A DNA stretch of 30,435 nt from a bacterium (GCA_020060525.1 JAGUZZ010000299.1:1-30435), one strand, 5' to 3'; shown: positions 11,253-21,115, numbered from the stretch's first letter. The notes: generated from the letters alone by a model not told the origin. A program made the numbers and translations.

Positions 11253-12383
11253 TCAGTATTCCTGCAGCACCTTTTCCCACTCGCGCGCGAGAGAGACCTT
11301 CTTCGAGACGAGCTCGACGATCTGGGGGTTCGCGGTCTTTTCCTTGAGCTCTTCCCATTCTGCGATCGCCTTGGCCACTTCCCCCATCCGCGCGTGCAGG
11401 TAGCCCTTGATGAACATCGCTTTCTGGTTCTCGGGGTTGAGCAGACGGGCCTTCGAGAGGTACATGAGCGCCTCGCTCAGCCGGTCCGTCTTGTAGCAGA
11501 TCTCGCCGAGCATTCGGAGCGCCTCGAAACACTCGGGGTCGAGCGCGAGCGCTTTTTCGAATTGCGCCGCGGCCCCCTCGAGATTGAGACGGCCGTAGCT
11601 TTCGCGTCCCGCCTTGAGAAGATCCTCCAGGCGGGCCTCCTTCTCGGGTCCCGGAGATCCGGCGGCCGATCCGCCGCCTGCGAGCTCGATGACGCCCATG
11701 ACGACGAGACCGTATATGAGCTTGCTCGTCGTGAACAGATCTCCGCCGACGGCGTCGTTCACTTCCTTGACGGAGCGTTTGCCGTCGATCAGCGCGAGGA
11801 TCTCCCATTCGCGCGGCTTGAGATTGAGCTGCTGGCCCTGGCGCGAATCGGAGCTCAGATTGAACACGCTGTGGCGCGAGGGAACCTTGTTCCCTATGTT
11901 CGACCATTCGTCGATCCGGCGCGCGCCCTCGAGGATGAGATTCTCCGTATTGAGCGGGACGAGGATTTCGCGCCTCTCGTCGATCTCCTCCTCGATGAAA
12001 CGGCATTCGCCGCGATCCCACTTGAATATCTCGTAGACGTTCTCGCGAACGCAGTTCGCGATGAAATTCTCCATGTGGCCGCGCGAGGCGATCCCCTCCC
12101 CCTCGAGGCATTCGACGAGGGTCGGGTACTTGCGCCGGTTCTTCTCGATGCGGCCGAGCGACGCCTCGTCCACGACGCCCCATTCGACGAGCAGCGCTTC
12201 GATCCCCTTCGGCACGCGGTCGTGGATGACGGCGAAGCTCGTGTCGCCGTTCGCGAAGACGATCTGCGCCTCCTTGCCCTCGGGACCGTCCGTGACCATG
12301 AGGCGCCCGGTCTTCTTGTTGATGTGCAGCACCTGGAAGAGATCGAAGAGCCCGAGATCCTTTATCGACGATTGAATGGTCAT
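11253..12383 (-). CDS. DUF4388 (PATAN-like) domain protein with winged-helix-like middle region and C-terminal TPRs
   Basis: N-terminal IQSSIKDLGLFDLFQVLHINKKTGRL...IFANG fits DUF4388. ENLILEGARRIDEW and LKPREWEILALIDGKRSVKEV follow, then TPR-like helices. ATGA overlap with the upstream TPR gene. Confidence 0.82.
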   Translation of the reverse strand: MTIQSSIKDLGLFDLFQVLHINKKTGRLMVTDGPEGKEAQIVFANGDTSFAVIHDRVPKGIEALLVEWGVVDEASLGRIEKNRRKYPTLVECLEGEGIASRGHMENFIANCVRENVYEIFKWDRGECRFIEEEIDERREILVPLNTENLILEGARRIDEWSNIGNKVPSRHSVFNLSSDSRQGQQLNLKPREWEILALIDGKRSVKEVNDAVGGDLFTTSKLIYGLVVMGVIELAGGGSAAGSPGPEKEARLEDLLKAGRESYGRLNLEGAAAQFEKALALDPECFEALRMLGEICYKTDRLSEALMYLSKARLLNPENQKAMFIKGYLHARMGEVAKAIAEWEELKEKTANPQIVELVSKKVSLAREWEKVLQEY

Positions 12384-14185
12384 ATCGAGCCGTCCTCTAC
12401 CGGCGTTATCTCGGTCAGGGCCTCCAGAACGTCGTCCGCATCCTCGCCGCCTGCGGAAGCATCCGGCGTCCGCGCCCCAGGTGCGGACGCTTTCGGAGCG
12501 CTCCTTTCGCGCAGCCGCTCTTTTCCCTTCTCGACGACCGAGACGAGATAGTCCTTGATTTTGTCGAAGCGCCGGGCGAGACCGCTCTGGAGAAGCTCGA
12601 TGAGGTCGTCGTCCGGCTCGAGCGCCGTTCCGGCGTCGATCGCGGGCGGCGCGGCGCGATGCATCGGATCGAGCGCGAGGAAAAAGGCGAATCCGGTGTA
12701 GCGCGGGTTGATCTTCGACGCATCGAGCACGGCCTGGATGGCGCCCTGGAAATCCTCCTCCCGGAGACAGCAGAGCGCCTTGAGGTAGAGCGCGTCGCTG
12801 TGGTTCTTGTCGAGCGCGAGCGCGCTCTCGATGTCGAAGAGAGCGAGCGTCAGCCGGTTCATCTTGTAGTTCAGGATCGCGTGCTTCTCGTAGAGGAGCG
12901 GGCTCTTCCCCATGAAGGCCTCGAACCGCTGGATGAGGTTCTCCGCCATGGGGTACTCTTCCTTGAGGAAGTGGCAGTTGAGGAAATTGTAATTGAGCTC
13001 GAGGTGGTAGAGCTTCAGGTTGAGCCCCTTCTTGAACATGCGCTCCGCCTCTTCACGCAGCCCCACCTGAAACAGGAGCACGCCGAGGTTGTTCATCGTG
13101 TCGGCGTCGGCGGAGTTGAGCCGGAACGACTGGAGGTAGCAGAGCGCCGCCCCGCTCAGATCTCCCTGAAGGTGGTACACGGCTCCGAGATACCGGTAGG
13201 CCTCGGCGTTCTCGGCGTTCGCCTCGAGCGTCTTGAGGAACGCCTCGGCGGCGTTGTCGTAGTTCCCCGCCGCCGCGTGTATCTTGCCGATCTCGACGTG
13301 GACGCGATCCGCGTCCGGCATGTCCCCGAGCGCTTTCTGGAACTCCTTGAGCGCCTCCTTGAGGAATCCTCGCTCCCGGTAGGCCATGCCGAGCGTAAAA
13401 CTCGTGCTCTCGAGGCTCGCGACCTCCTTGCCGCCGGCGAGAACGGCCTCCATCGCCCCGCCCCTCGCGTAGTTCGAGAGGGTGAGATTGGCCTCCGTGT
13501 TCTGGAACGACGGATTGAGGCGGGAGGCCACGCGGCTCTCCTCGAGCGCCTCCTGGAGCTGTCCGTTGTCGCCGTACGCGAACGACAGGAGGAAGTGCGA
13601 CCGCCAATAATCGGCGTCGAGCTTTATCGCCTCGTTGAGCTCCGCGATCGCCTCGTCGGTCCGGCCGAGATTGTAGTACACCTCGCCGAGATCCGTATGG
13701 AACACCGCCGATTTCGCGAATCCGGCGCTGATCGCCCGATAGTGCTCGAGGCTTTGCTGGTAGAGCCCCTGCGCCTTCAGCGCGGTGGCGAGGTGAAAAC
13801 GAGCCATCGTGTGGCCGGGGTTGCGCTCGACCACGGCGCCGAGGATCTCGGACGCCTCGCGGCAACGCCCCATGTTCTGATAGCTCACGCCGAGCCGAAG
13901 CAGCGCCTCGTAGTTCTCCGGATCCCGCCGGACTTCGTCGCGCCACCGCTTCACGTCGGGATCCTCGAGTCCCGTCTCCGCGAACAGGTACCGGATGTTC
14001 TCGCGGGCAAGGTCGAACTTGGGATCGACCTTGAGCGCTTCCTTGAACTGCTCCATCGCCTCCGCGAACATCCCCTTCCGGAAGTAGAGGACGCCGAGGT
14101 TGTTGAGAGCCCCGGGGTCGCTCCGCTCCACGCGCGAGGCGAAGCTGAGGAGCACGCTGCGTTCCTGTTCGGTCAGCTCCGGCAT
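12380..14185 (-). CDS. Multi-TPR repeat protein (601 aa)
   Basis: Repeated 34-aa TPR patterns (ALNNLGVLYFRKG, FHTDLGEVYYNLG, TMNNLGVLLFQVG) and an acidic low-complexity C-terminal tail. Confidence 0.9.
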   Translation of the reverse strand: MPELTEQERSVLLSFASRVERSDPGALNNLGVLYFRKGMFAEAMEQFKEALKVDPKFDLARENIRYLFAETGLEDPDVKRWRDEVRRDPENYEALLRLGVSYQNMGRCREASEILGAVVERNPGHTMARFHLATALKAQGLYQQSLEHYRAISAGFAKSAVFHTDLGEVYYNLGRTDEAIAELNEAIKLDADYWRSHFLLSFAYGDNGQLQEALEESRVASRLNPSFQNTEANLTLSNYARGGAMEAVLAGGKEVASLESTSFTLGMAYRERGFLKEALKEFQKALGDMPDADRVHVEIGKIHAAAGNYDNAAEAFLKTLEANAENAEAYRYLGAVYHLQGDLSGAALCYLQSFRLNSADADTMNNLGVLLFQVGLREEAERMFKKGLNLKLYHLELNYNFLNCHFLKEEYPMAENLIQRFEAFMGKSPLLYEKHAILNYKMNRLTLALFDIESALALDKNHSDALYLKALCCLREEDFQGAIQAVLDASKINPRYTGFAFFLALDPMHRAAPPAIDAGTALEPDDDLIELLQSGLARRFDKIKDYLVSVVEKGKERLRERSAPKASAPGARTPDASAGGEDADDVLEALTEITPVEDGSI

Positions 14186-14208
14186 GTCCTGGTCCTTTCA
14201 GCGAGTCG

Positions 14209-14586
14209 TTACGCGGCCGGCACCTGGCTCGTGACCTTCGCGATCACTTCGACGACGCGCGCGGCGTTGAACGGCTTGATGAGAAAATCCTTCGCGCCCG
14301 CCGTGATCGCCTCCTGCACGAGGGCCTGCTGGCCGAGCGCGCTGCACATGACGATCCGCGCCTGCGCGTCGTGCTCGAGGATCTTGCGGACCGCGTCGAT
14401 GCCGTTCATCTCCGGCATGATGATGTCCATGGTCACGAGATCCGGGCGAAGCTCCTTGTACCGCTCGATGGCCTTGGCGCCCGTGTCCGCCTCGCCGGCG
14501 ATCTCCATGCCGTTCTCGACGAGGATGTCCGAGATCATCTTCCGCATGAATATCGCGTCGTCAACGATGAGTACCCTCAGTTTCAC
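14209..14586 (-). CDS. cheY: Chemotaxis response regulator CheY
   Basis: Single receiver domain with IVDD, TMDIIMPEMNG (phospho-Asp), MCSALGQ and IKPF. GTG start after AAAGGAG. Confidence 0.93.
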   Translation of the reverse strand: MKLRVLIVDDAIFMRKMISDILVENGMEIAGEADTGAKAIERYKELRPDLVTMDIIMPEMNGIDAVRKILEHDAQARIVMCSALGQQALVQEAITAGAKDFLIKPFNAARVVEVIAKVTSQVPAA

Positions 14587-14604
14587 TGGTGTGCTCCTTT
14601 CCCT

Positions 14605-15222
14605 TCAGTCGACACCGATCGCTTCGAAAATCGTATCCAGAGATTCCGCCGTCGGAACGAAGAAGAGGAAGCCCTTGCACTCGTTGGTCCCCATGGTGAA
14701 CGCCGTTTCGAGGACGAGCGCATAGTCCGACTCCATGCTCAGGTCCACGAGCACCGAATCCATGACGGCCCCGAGCATGTCGTTCGACACCTGGGGCACC
14801 GAGTGGAGCAGCTTCCGGTTGACGAACGTGGCGAGCGCGTTCAGGTAGCATCCGCACATGATGTTGCCGATCTCTTTGAGCACCGAGAGCGAGTATTCGT
14901 CGCGCAGCGAGCCCTGCGGCAGCTTCTCCCCCGTCGCGATCTCGACGAGCTTCTCGGCCTCGGGGTGCGGAAAGATGAGAAACATCATCCCGCGGAACCC
15001 CTCGCTGTAGCCCTCGATGTATATGACCGAGACCATCGATTCGGGCCCGTTGAAGAAGTTGTAGATGATCTTCACCGGAATGAGGTCGACGTTCGTCACG
15101 TTGACGTCGACGCGCCTGCGGAGCAGCGCCGACAATCCCGTGACCGCGTGGCCGGCCCCGATGTTCCCGAGCTCCTTCAGGGCGTCAAGACGCAGATAGG
15201 ACGGCCGTTTGATCGGGCTCAT
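14605..15222 (-). CDS. cheC: CheC family CheY-P phosphatase
   Basis: Two D/S-x3-E-x2-N motifs (DALKELGN, SVLKEIGN). ATG 15222 follows GAAGGAAGG; the track starts at a GTG at 15249. Confidence 0.9.
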   Translation of the reverse strand: MSPIKRPSYLRLDALKELGNIGAGHAVTGLSALLRRRVDVNVTNVDLIPVKIIYNFFNGPESMVSVIYIEGYSEGFRGMMFLIFPHPEAEKLVEIATGEKLPQGSLRDEYSLSVLKEIGNIMCGCYLNALATFVNRKLLHSVPQVSNDMLGAVMDSVLVDLSMESDYALVLETAFTMGTNECKGFLFFVPTAESLDTIFEAIGVD

Positions 15223-16780
15223 ACGCGCACCTTCCTTCAAAGAGGGCACAGGGATCCCAAATGAACGCTATCTTGCCGCTGCCGAGCACGGTGGCCCCCG
15301 AGATCCCCCGGACACCGCGGAAGAACGGCGGCAATGCCTTGATGACGATATCCTGCTGGCCGATGATCCGGGCGACGACGACCGCGATCCGTCGGACCCC
15401 GGTGTCGATGACGATGATCTTCTCGTACCGCTCCGCGGACCTTTCGAGCCGAACGCCGAAGAGCTCGTCCGGTCTCACGACCGGAATGATCTCGCCGGCG
15501 GCCGGCAGCACGAGCTCGCCCCGGACGGTCTTGAGAGAGCCGAGCTCGCAGCGGTTCGTTTCCTTCACGTACTCGATCGGAACGGCGTGGATGTCGTCGC
15601 CGACCGCGAAGAGGAGGGCCTTGACGATCGAAAGGTTGACCGGAATCAGCAGCGACATCATCGTCCCCCGGCCCGGCGTCGTCCGGATGCGGATCGATCC
15701 CCCGAAGGAGTCGACGGTCTTCTTGACGATGTTCATGCCTATGCCGCGCCCGGAGAGGGTGTTCACGCCCTCCGCGGTGCTGAATCCGGGCGTCGTGATG
15801 ATCCGGCAGATTTCCTCCTCGGTGATGTCGCTCGCGCGGACCGGACCGGCGCCGTGCGCCGACGCGGCGCGCGCGACGCCCTCGAGATCGACGCCGCGGC
15901 CGTCGTCCACGACCTCGATGACGACGTGGTTGCGCTCGCGGCTCGCGCTGAGGATGATCCGTCCCTCGGGGGATTTTCCCGCCGCGCGCCGCTCGTCGGG
16001 CGGTTCGATGCCGTGATCCACGGCGTTCCGGATGAGGTGAACGAGCGGATCCGCCATTCCCTCGAGAACGACCCGGTCGAGGCCGATTTCGGCCCCGTGA
16101 ATGTCGAGCTTCACCGGCTTTCCCGTTTCGCGCGAGAGATCGCGCACGAGCCGGTGGAAGCGCTGAAAGACCTGTCCGACTGGGATGAGACGCGCCTCCA
16201 TGACCTCTTTCTGAATCTGGGAGACGAGACGCCACGAGCGGGCGAGCTCGTCGAGAAGCGGCCGCGATCCCATATCTTCCGCGATCGCGCTGAAGCGGAT
16301 GCGGCTCACGACGAGCTCGCCGACGAGGTCCATGAGACGGTCGAGGCGCTCGAGCTCCACCTTGGTGGCCGTTATGCGCTCTCCGAGCGCGTGCGCGGGC
16401 CGATCGGCGCTCGCCCCGGCGTCCGTTCCCGGAGTCTGCGGCCCGGGAGCGGGCGCGTCCGCGGATGCGCCGATCGCGCGTCCGACGAGGGCCTTCAAAC
16501 GGTCCACGGAGGCGAGGAGCCCGTCCATCGTTTCGGGCGTGATCGCGGCCCCCTTGCGAAGGCCGTCGAACACGCTTTCGAGATCGTGGCTCGCCTCGAC
16601 GACGGCGTCGTACCCCATCGCCCCCGATATCCCCTTGAGGTTGTGCGCCCTCCGGAAGAGCTCGTCGATCTGCGTCCGCGGCTCGGCGGACGACTCGAGT
16701 CCGATGAGCCCGTTTTCGAGGGCCTGCAGGGACTCGACCGCCTCGCTTTTGTAGAGCTCCAGGTATTCAGCGACGTTCAT
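15185..16780 (-). CDS. cheA: Chemotaxis histidine kinase CheA (P1-P3-P4-P5, no P2)
   Basis: HPT LFRRAHNLKG, dimerization LDRLMDLVGELV, HATPase HLIRNAVDHGIE, DDGRG and SGRGIGM, and a C-terminal CheW-like domain. Confidence 0.96.
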   Translation of the reverse strand: MNVAEYLELYKSEAVESLQALENGLIGLESSAEPRTQIDELFRRAHNLKGISGAMGYDAVVEASHDLESVFDGLRKGAAITPETMDGLLASVDRLKALVGRAIGASADAPAPGPQTPGTDAGASADRPAHALGERITATKVELERLDRLMDLVGELVVSRIRFSAIAEDMGSRPLLDELARSWRLVSQIQKEVMEARLIPVGQVFQRFHRLVRDLSRETGKPVKLDIHGAEIGLDRVVLEGMADPLVHLIRNAVDHGIEPPDERRAAGKSPEGRIILSASRERNHVVIEVVDDGRGVDLEGVARAASAHGAGPVRASDITEEEICRIITTPGFSTAEGVNTLSGRGIGMNIVKKTVDSFGGSIRIRTTPGRGTMMSLLIPVNLSIVKALLFAVGDDIHAVPIEYVKETNRCELGSLKTVRGELVLPAAGEIIPVVRPDELFGVRLERSAERYEKIIVIDTGVRRIAVVVARIIGQQDIVIKALPPFFRGVRGISGATVLGSGKIAFIWDPCALFEGRCAYEPDQTAVLSAS

Positions 16781-17858
16781 GCGCGCTCTCCCGCGAGGAA
16801 ACGCTCGAAACGGTTTTCACGATGCGATCGGCGATGCCGCCGAGCGGCACGACGAAGTCGGCGGCGCCGTTTCCCATGACGGCGGCCGGCATGCCGAACA
16901 CGAGGCTCGATTCCCTGTCCTGGCAAATGACCGTCCCGCCGTTCGCCCGGATCGCCGCGCAGCCGGCGGCGCCGTCGCGGCCCATGCCGGTGAGCACGAC
17001 GCCGACGAGGCGTTCCCGAAACACCGGCGCGAAGGACGACATCGCGAAATCGACCGACGGGCAAGCGGTCCGCTGCCGCTCGTTCTTGCCGAGCAACATG
17101 ACGGCGGGTCTCCCGTCCCGCTCGCCGAGCATGAGGTGCCTTCCGCCCGGAGCGACGAGAACGCGGCCGGGCTCGAGGACATCTCCGTGCTCCGCCTCGC
17201 GCGCGTCGAGCGAGGAGCGCGCGTCGAGACGCTCGGCGAAGTACCGCGTGAACGTGGCCGGCATGTGCTGCACGACGACGACGGCGGCCGGGATACCCCG
17301 CGGCAGCCGCGGCACGAGGTCCATGAGCGCCTGCGGTCCCCCCGTGCTCGCCCCGACGATCACGACGGCTCCGAGCTGCGGCGCGAACGCCGTGCGCGGC
17401 TTCGCTCCGATCGCGATCTCCGGCAGCGCGAATCGCATGCGCCCGACGTCGATCGACGACGCGCCCCTGACCTTCTCGACGAGCTCTCCCGCGGTGAACC
17501 GATTGCCGCCCCACGTTTTCGGAACGATGTCCACGGCCCCGTATTCGAGGCAGGCGAGCGCTATCTCGGCGCTTTCGGACGTATGGGCGCTCACGATGAC
17601 GACGGGCGTCGGCCATTCGCTCATGAGATAGCGAAGCGTTTCGAGCCCGTCCATGTTCGGCATCTCGAGATCGAGCGTGACGCAATCGGGGCGCAGATCC
17701 GACACGAGACGGAGCACCGCGCGGCCGTCGGCGCCTCTGCCGACGACCCGGATCCCCGGATCGGATTGCAACGCTTCGACGATCATCGTCTGCATGAGCG
17801 GCGAATCCTCGCCGACGACGACCCGGATCGGGCGCGCTTCCGTGCGTTCTCCCGGCAT
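16767..17858 (-). CDS. cheB: Chemotaxis methylesterase CheB (receiver + methylesterase)
   Basis: TLDLEMPNMDG receiver; catalytic GASTGGP, QHMP and LTGMGRDG. ATG overlaps the cheD stop (TGATG). Confidence 0.95.
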   Translation of the reverse strand: MPGERTEARPIRVVVGEDSPLMQTMIVEALQSDPGIRVVGRGADGRAVLRLVSDLRPDCVTLDLEMPNMDGLETLRYLMSEWPTPVVIVSAHTSESAEIALACLEYGAVDIVPKTWGGNRFTAGELVEKVRGASSIDVGRMRFALPEIAIGAKPRTAFAPQLGAVVIVGASTGGPQALMDLVPRLPRGIPAAVVVVQHMPATFTRYFAERLDARSSLDAREAEHGDVLEPGRVLVAPGGRHLMLGERDGRPAVMLLGKNERQRTACPSVDFAMSSFAPVFRERLVGVVLTGMGRDGAAGCAAIRANGGTVICQDRESSLVFGMPAAVMGNGAADFVVPLGGIADRIVKTVSSVSSRESAHERR

Positions 17859-18364
17859 CAGTACACCGCCTCGCTCGATTCGACGCCGCGAACGGCGACG
17901 AAGCCGTTCGAGAGGTCGAGCACGATCGTTCTGCCGCTTTTTCCGCCGACGCACTCGGCGACGATCGGAATGCCCATCGCGGCGAGCTCCTCCCGCGCGG
18001 CGGCGACGTTATCGTCGCCGATCTGCATCACGCCCGCGCTTCCGGCGCAGCTCTCGAACATCCGCGCCCCTCCGAATATCTTGGCGACGATGCGTTCGCG
18101 CCGGGCGCCCCGGCGCGCCATCCCGTCGAGGAGGATGGGAAGCACCGAATCGACGAACTTGGCCCGGTTCGCGTTGTTCTTGACCCGCGCGCGCCGGGGA
18201 TGCATCGCGTGCGCGAGCGCCCCGATGCGCGTCGCCGGGTCGTACAGCACGATGCCGAGGCACGATCCGAGGGCCAGCGTCATCATCGTTCCCGGCGCTT
18301 GCCCGATGCCGAATTGCGCGACTCCCACCGTGATCTCCCGCCGCGTTGCGCCGTCAACCGCCAA
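17858..18364 (-). CDS. cheD: Chemoreceptor glutamine deamidase CheD
   Basis: LGSCLGIVLYD (Cys), LAHAM (His), AKIFGGARMF and VGGKSGR. The TTG at 18364 fits RBS spacing better than the TTG at 18370 used by the track. Confidence 0.9.
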   Translation of the reverse strand: MAVDGATRREITVGVAQFGIGQAPGTMMTLALGSCLGIVLYDPATRIGALAHAMHPRRARVKNNANRAKFVDSVLPILLDGMARRGARRERIVAKIFGGARMFESCAGSAGVMQIGDDNVAAAREELAAMGIPIVAECVGGKSGRTIVLDLSNGFVAVRGVESSEAVY

Positions 18365-18857
18365 TCGCAAGCTCCTTTGCCGTTGCGTCGTCGGGGATGA
18401 TGTTCTCGGGATCGATGCAGACGACCATGCGGCCGGACACCTTCACGATGCCGGTGACGACCGCCTCGCGCGGGCCGTCGGCGCCGAGCGCGGGCGCGGC
18501 CTGCATTTCCTCCGCCTGTACGCGCGCCACCTCGAGCACTTCGTCGACGAAGAAGCCGAAGCTCCCCGAGGCGGCGTCTATGATGATCATGCGCCGCTTG
18601 CGCGTCGCGTCCGCCCCGGCCTCGGAGCGGAGGCCGAGAAGCGAACAGATCTTGAACACCGGAATGATCTCGCCGCGGAGATTGATGACCCCCTCGACCC
18701 GTTCTCCCATGCCCGGCACGGGAAACAGATCGATCGGACGCAGAATCTCCCGCACCTTCGACACGTGGATGCCGTAGTATTCGGCCCCGAGCCTGAAGGT
18801 GATGAGCTGCGTGCCCGCCCGAGACCTGTCGAATACGCGTTCGTGCTTCATGGACAC
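18354..18857 (-). CDS. cheW: Coupling protein CheW
   Basis: QLITFRLGAEYYGI, VREIL and GVINLRGEIIPV. Confidence 0.94.
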   Translation of the reverse strand: MSMKHERVFDRSRAGTQLITFRLGAEYYGIHVSKVREILRPIDLFPVPGMGERVEGVINLRGEIIPVFKICSLLGLRSEAGADATRKRRMIIIDAASGSFGFFVDEVLEVARVQAEEMQAAPALGADGPREAVVTGIVKVSGRMVVCIDPENIIPDDATAKELAIGG

Positions 18858-18884
18858 ATCATTCCTTCCGCCGCGCGCGGCGCC

Positions 18885-20267
18885 TCACGCCTGCGCCGCC
18901 TGCTCTTCGCGCTCGGCGGCGCTGACGGCGAACCGGCCGACGTGCTCCCGGAGCTGGATCGCCATCTCGCTCAGCTTCTGCGCGGACGAGGCGACGTCCT
19001 CCATGCTGGAAGTCATCTGCTCCATCGAGGCGGCCGTCTCCTGCGTCGCGGAGGCGTTCTTCTCGGCGCTCGAGGCGATCTCGTCGATCGAGCCGGTGAC
19101 GTTCTTCATGCCGCGCGAGAGCTCCTTCGTCGCGGCCGAAATGCGCCGCGCCATGTCGGACGAGCTCCGGAGCACCTCGACGATCTCGTCGAGCGACTGC
19201 CCGGTGCGCGTGATGACCTCTTTGCCCTCGGTGACCTCCTTGGCGCCGAGCTCGATGCTCTTCACCGCCGTGCGCGTCTCCTCCTGCGTCTTGCGGATGA
19301 GGGTCGCGATCTCGTCGGCGGCCTCGGCGCTCCCCTCGGCGAGCTTGCGGACCTCGTCGGCGACGACGGCGAACCCCGCCCCCGCCTCGCCCGCCCGCGC
19401 CGCCTCGATAGCGGCGTTGAGCGCGAGCAGGTTCGTCTGGTCCGCTATGTCCGTGATGACGTCGACGATCTCGTCGATCTGACTCGACCGTTCCCCGAGG
19501 TGGCGGATGATCTCGGCCGATTCTTGGATGACGGTGTAGATCTTGTTGATCTTCTCGACGGCTTCCTTCGCAGAATCGCCGCCCTTCGCGGCGGTCTCGG
19601 AGGCGTTCGTGGCCGCCGACGCCGCGAGCTCCGCGCTGTTCGCCACCTGCTTCACGGACCGCTCCATGTTGCGGATTTCCGTGATCATCTCGTCGACCTT
19701 GCGGGCCTGGTGGTCGGTCGATTTGGCGATGTTCTGGACCGTCGTCGACGTCTCCTCGGTGATGGAGTTCATCTGCTCGGTCGCGGCGGAGAGGTTCTGG
19801 GCCGAAAAGTTGACCTTGTCCGCGGTCGTCCTGATCATTCGGATGATGCCGCCGATGTTGGAGAAGAGCTCGTTCATGGCGAAGCCCAGCTTCCCGAGCT
19901 CGTCGTCAGAGCGGATGGCGACCGTCGTCGTGAGATCGCCGGCGTTGCTCGCGAGCGCGCGGCTCGCCTCGAGCAGTTCGTGGATCGGCCGGCGGAGGAA
20001 GAAATGCATGATGAGCCATATCGCGCCGAAACCGGCCAGCAGGCTCGCCCCCGAGAGCGAGAGGGCGCGCCAGCGGACGTGCGCGACCGCCGCGTCGCGG
20101 GACGCTTCCGGCGACGCGTGCGCCGCGACGCTCGCCGCCTTCATCCCCGCCTCTTTCGACAGGTGCATGAACGAACCGTAGTTCACGAGCCAGACGGCCA
20201 CAAGCACCGCGGCCAGCGCGAGAAACACCTTGGAGCCGATGCTCGTGCTCTGCATGCTCATTTTCAT
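18885..20267 (-). CDS. Methyl-accepting chemotaxis protein, 2 TM + HAMP + 44-heptad signalling domain, minimal periplasmic loop
   Basis: [37 protein letters not shown] hairpin tip and HAMP DELGKL. ATG 20267 after GGGAGG overlaps the cheR stop. Confidence 0.95.
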   Translation of the reverse strand: MKMSMQSTSIGSKVFLALAAVLVAVWLVNYGSFMHLSKEAGMKAASVAAHASPEASRDAAVAHVRWRALSLSGASLLAGFGAIWLIMHFFLRRPIHELLEASRALASNAGDLTTTVAIRSDDELGKLGFAMNELFSNIGGIIRMIRTTADKVNFSAQNLSAATEQMNSITEETSTTVQNIAKSTDHQARKVDEMITEIRNMERSVKQVANSAELAASAATNASETAAKGGDSAKEAVEKINKIYTVIQESAEIIRHLGERSSQIDEIVDVITDIADQTNLLALNAAIEAARAGEAGAGFAVVADEVRKLAEGSAEAADEIATLIRKTQEETRTAVKSIELGAKEVTEGKEVITRTGQSLDEIVEVLRSSSDMARRISAATKELSRGMKNVTGSIDEIASSAEKNASATQETAASMEQMTSSMEDVASSAQKLSEMAIQLREHVGRFAVSAAEREEQAAQA

Positions 20268-21115
20268 CGTATCCCTCCCGTGGGAAGAGCGGAGCATTTC
20301 TTCGCATATATCTTGTTTCGCGGATCGGCGAGCTGGAAGAGCGACCCGGCGGCTCCGGTGATCGCCTCGGTCTTGCCGAGGACGAGCACGCCCCCGGGCC
20401 CGAGCGCGCCGTGAAAGCGCTCGAGCACCTCGCCCCTGACGACGTGATCGAAGTGGATGAGAACGTTCCGGCACACGACGATGTCGAGCTCGCCGTACGG
20501 GGGAGGCTGGAAGAGATCGTGCACGGAGAAGAGAACGACGCGCCGCGCCTCGGGCGCGACTCTCGCGCCTTCAAGAACGGACTCGAAATAGCGGTCGCGA
20601 AGCGCCGCCGGGATCCGGTCCAGCTTCCGCCGGTCGTAGATCCCGCGTCGGGCGACGCGGCAGGCCTCTCTCGATATATCCGTGGCGAACACCTCGAGTC
20701 CGACGCCCGCCGGATGCGCGCGCAGGTATTCGAGGACGACGATCGCGAGGCTGTACGCCTCCTCGCCGGTCGAGCACCCCGCGCTCCAAACGCGGATCGC
20801 GCCCGCCCCCCCTCGCGCGGCGCGGGCGACTGCCGCGGGGAGAACGTCCCGCGCGACGGCCTCGAACACCTCGGCGTCGCGCATGAACTCGGTGACATGG
20901 ATCGTGACCGTGTCGAGGAGGTGATCGATCTCCTCGCGGTTCGACGAGAGATACTCGAAATATTCGGAAAGACTCTCGACGCGGAGCATCGACATCCGGA
21001 GCGATATGCGCCGCCCGAGACAGTTCAGGCGGTAGCTCGAGAGATCCTTCCCGAACTTCGCGTTGAGGCGCGCGATGAGATCGGCGAGCTCCATATCCTT
21101 TGCGACGTTCGACAT
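20264..21115 (-). CDS. cheR: Chemotaxis methyltransferase CheR
   Basis: [27 protein letters not shown] and [13 protein letters not shown] 21115 sits 7 nt after GGAG. Confidence 0.94.
   Translation of the reverse strand: MSNVAKDMELADLIARLNAKFGKDLSSYRLNCLGRRISLRMSMLRVESLSEYFEYLSSNREEIDHLLDTVTIHVTEFMRDAEVFEAVARDVLPAAVARAARGGAGAIRVWSAGCSTGEEAYSLAIVVLEYLRAHPAGVGLEVFATDISREACRVARRGIYDRRKLDRIPAALRDRYFESVLEGARVAPEARRVVLFSVHDLFQPPPYGELDIVVCRNVLIHFDHVVRGEVLERFHGALGPGGVLVLGKTEAITGAAGSLFQLADPRNKIYAKKCSALPTGGIR

Noticed and set aside
15185-15222. 38-nt cheA/cheC overlap as a possible frameshift or fusion
   Set aside because: Both ORFs are complete and cheC has its own RBS; the CheA tail is simply extended through the overlap.
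16779-20414. 1211-aa plus-strand ORF and other long ORFs opposite real genes (e.g. 1419-2489, 2637-4403, 8519-11347, 12659-14725, 23062-24372, 24388-26412, 27158-29587)
   Set aside because: Antisense shadows of well-formed genes. They are Arg/Gly/Ala-rich with no motifs, as expected when high GC3 codon bias suppresses stop codons on the opposite strand.
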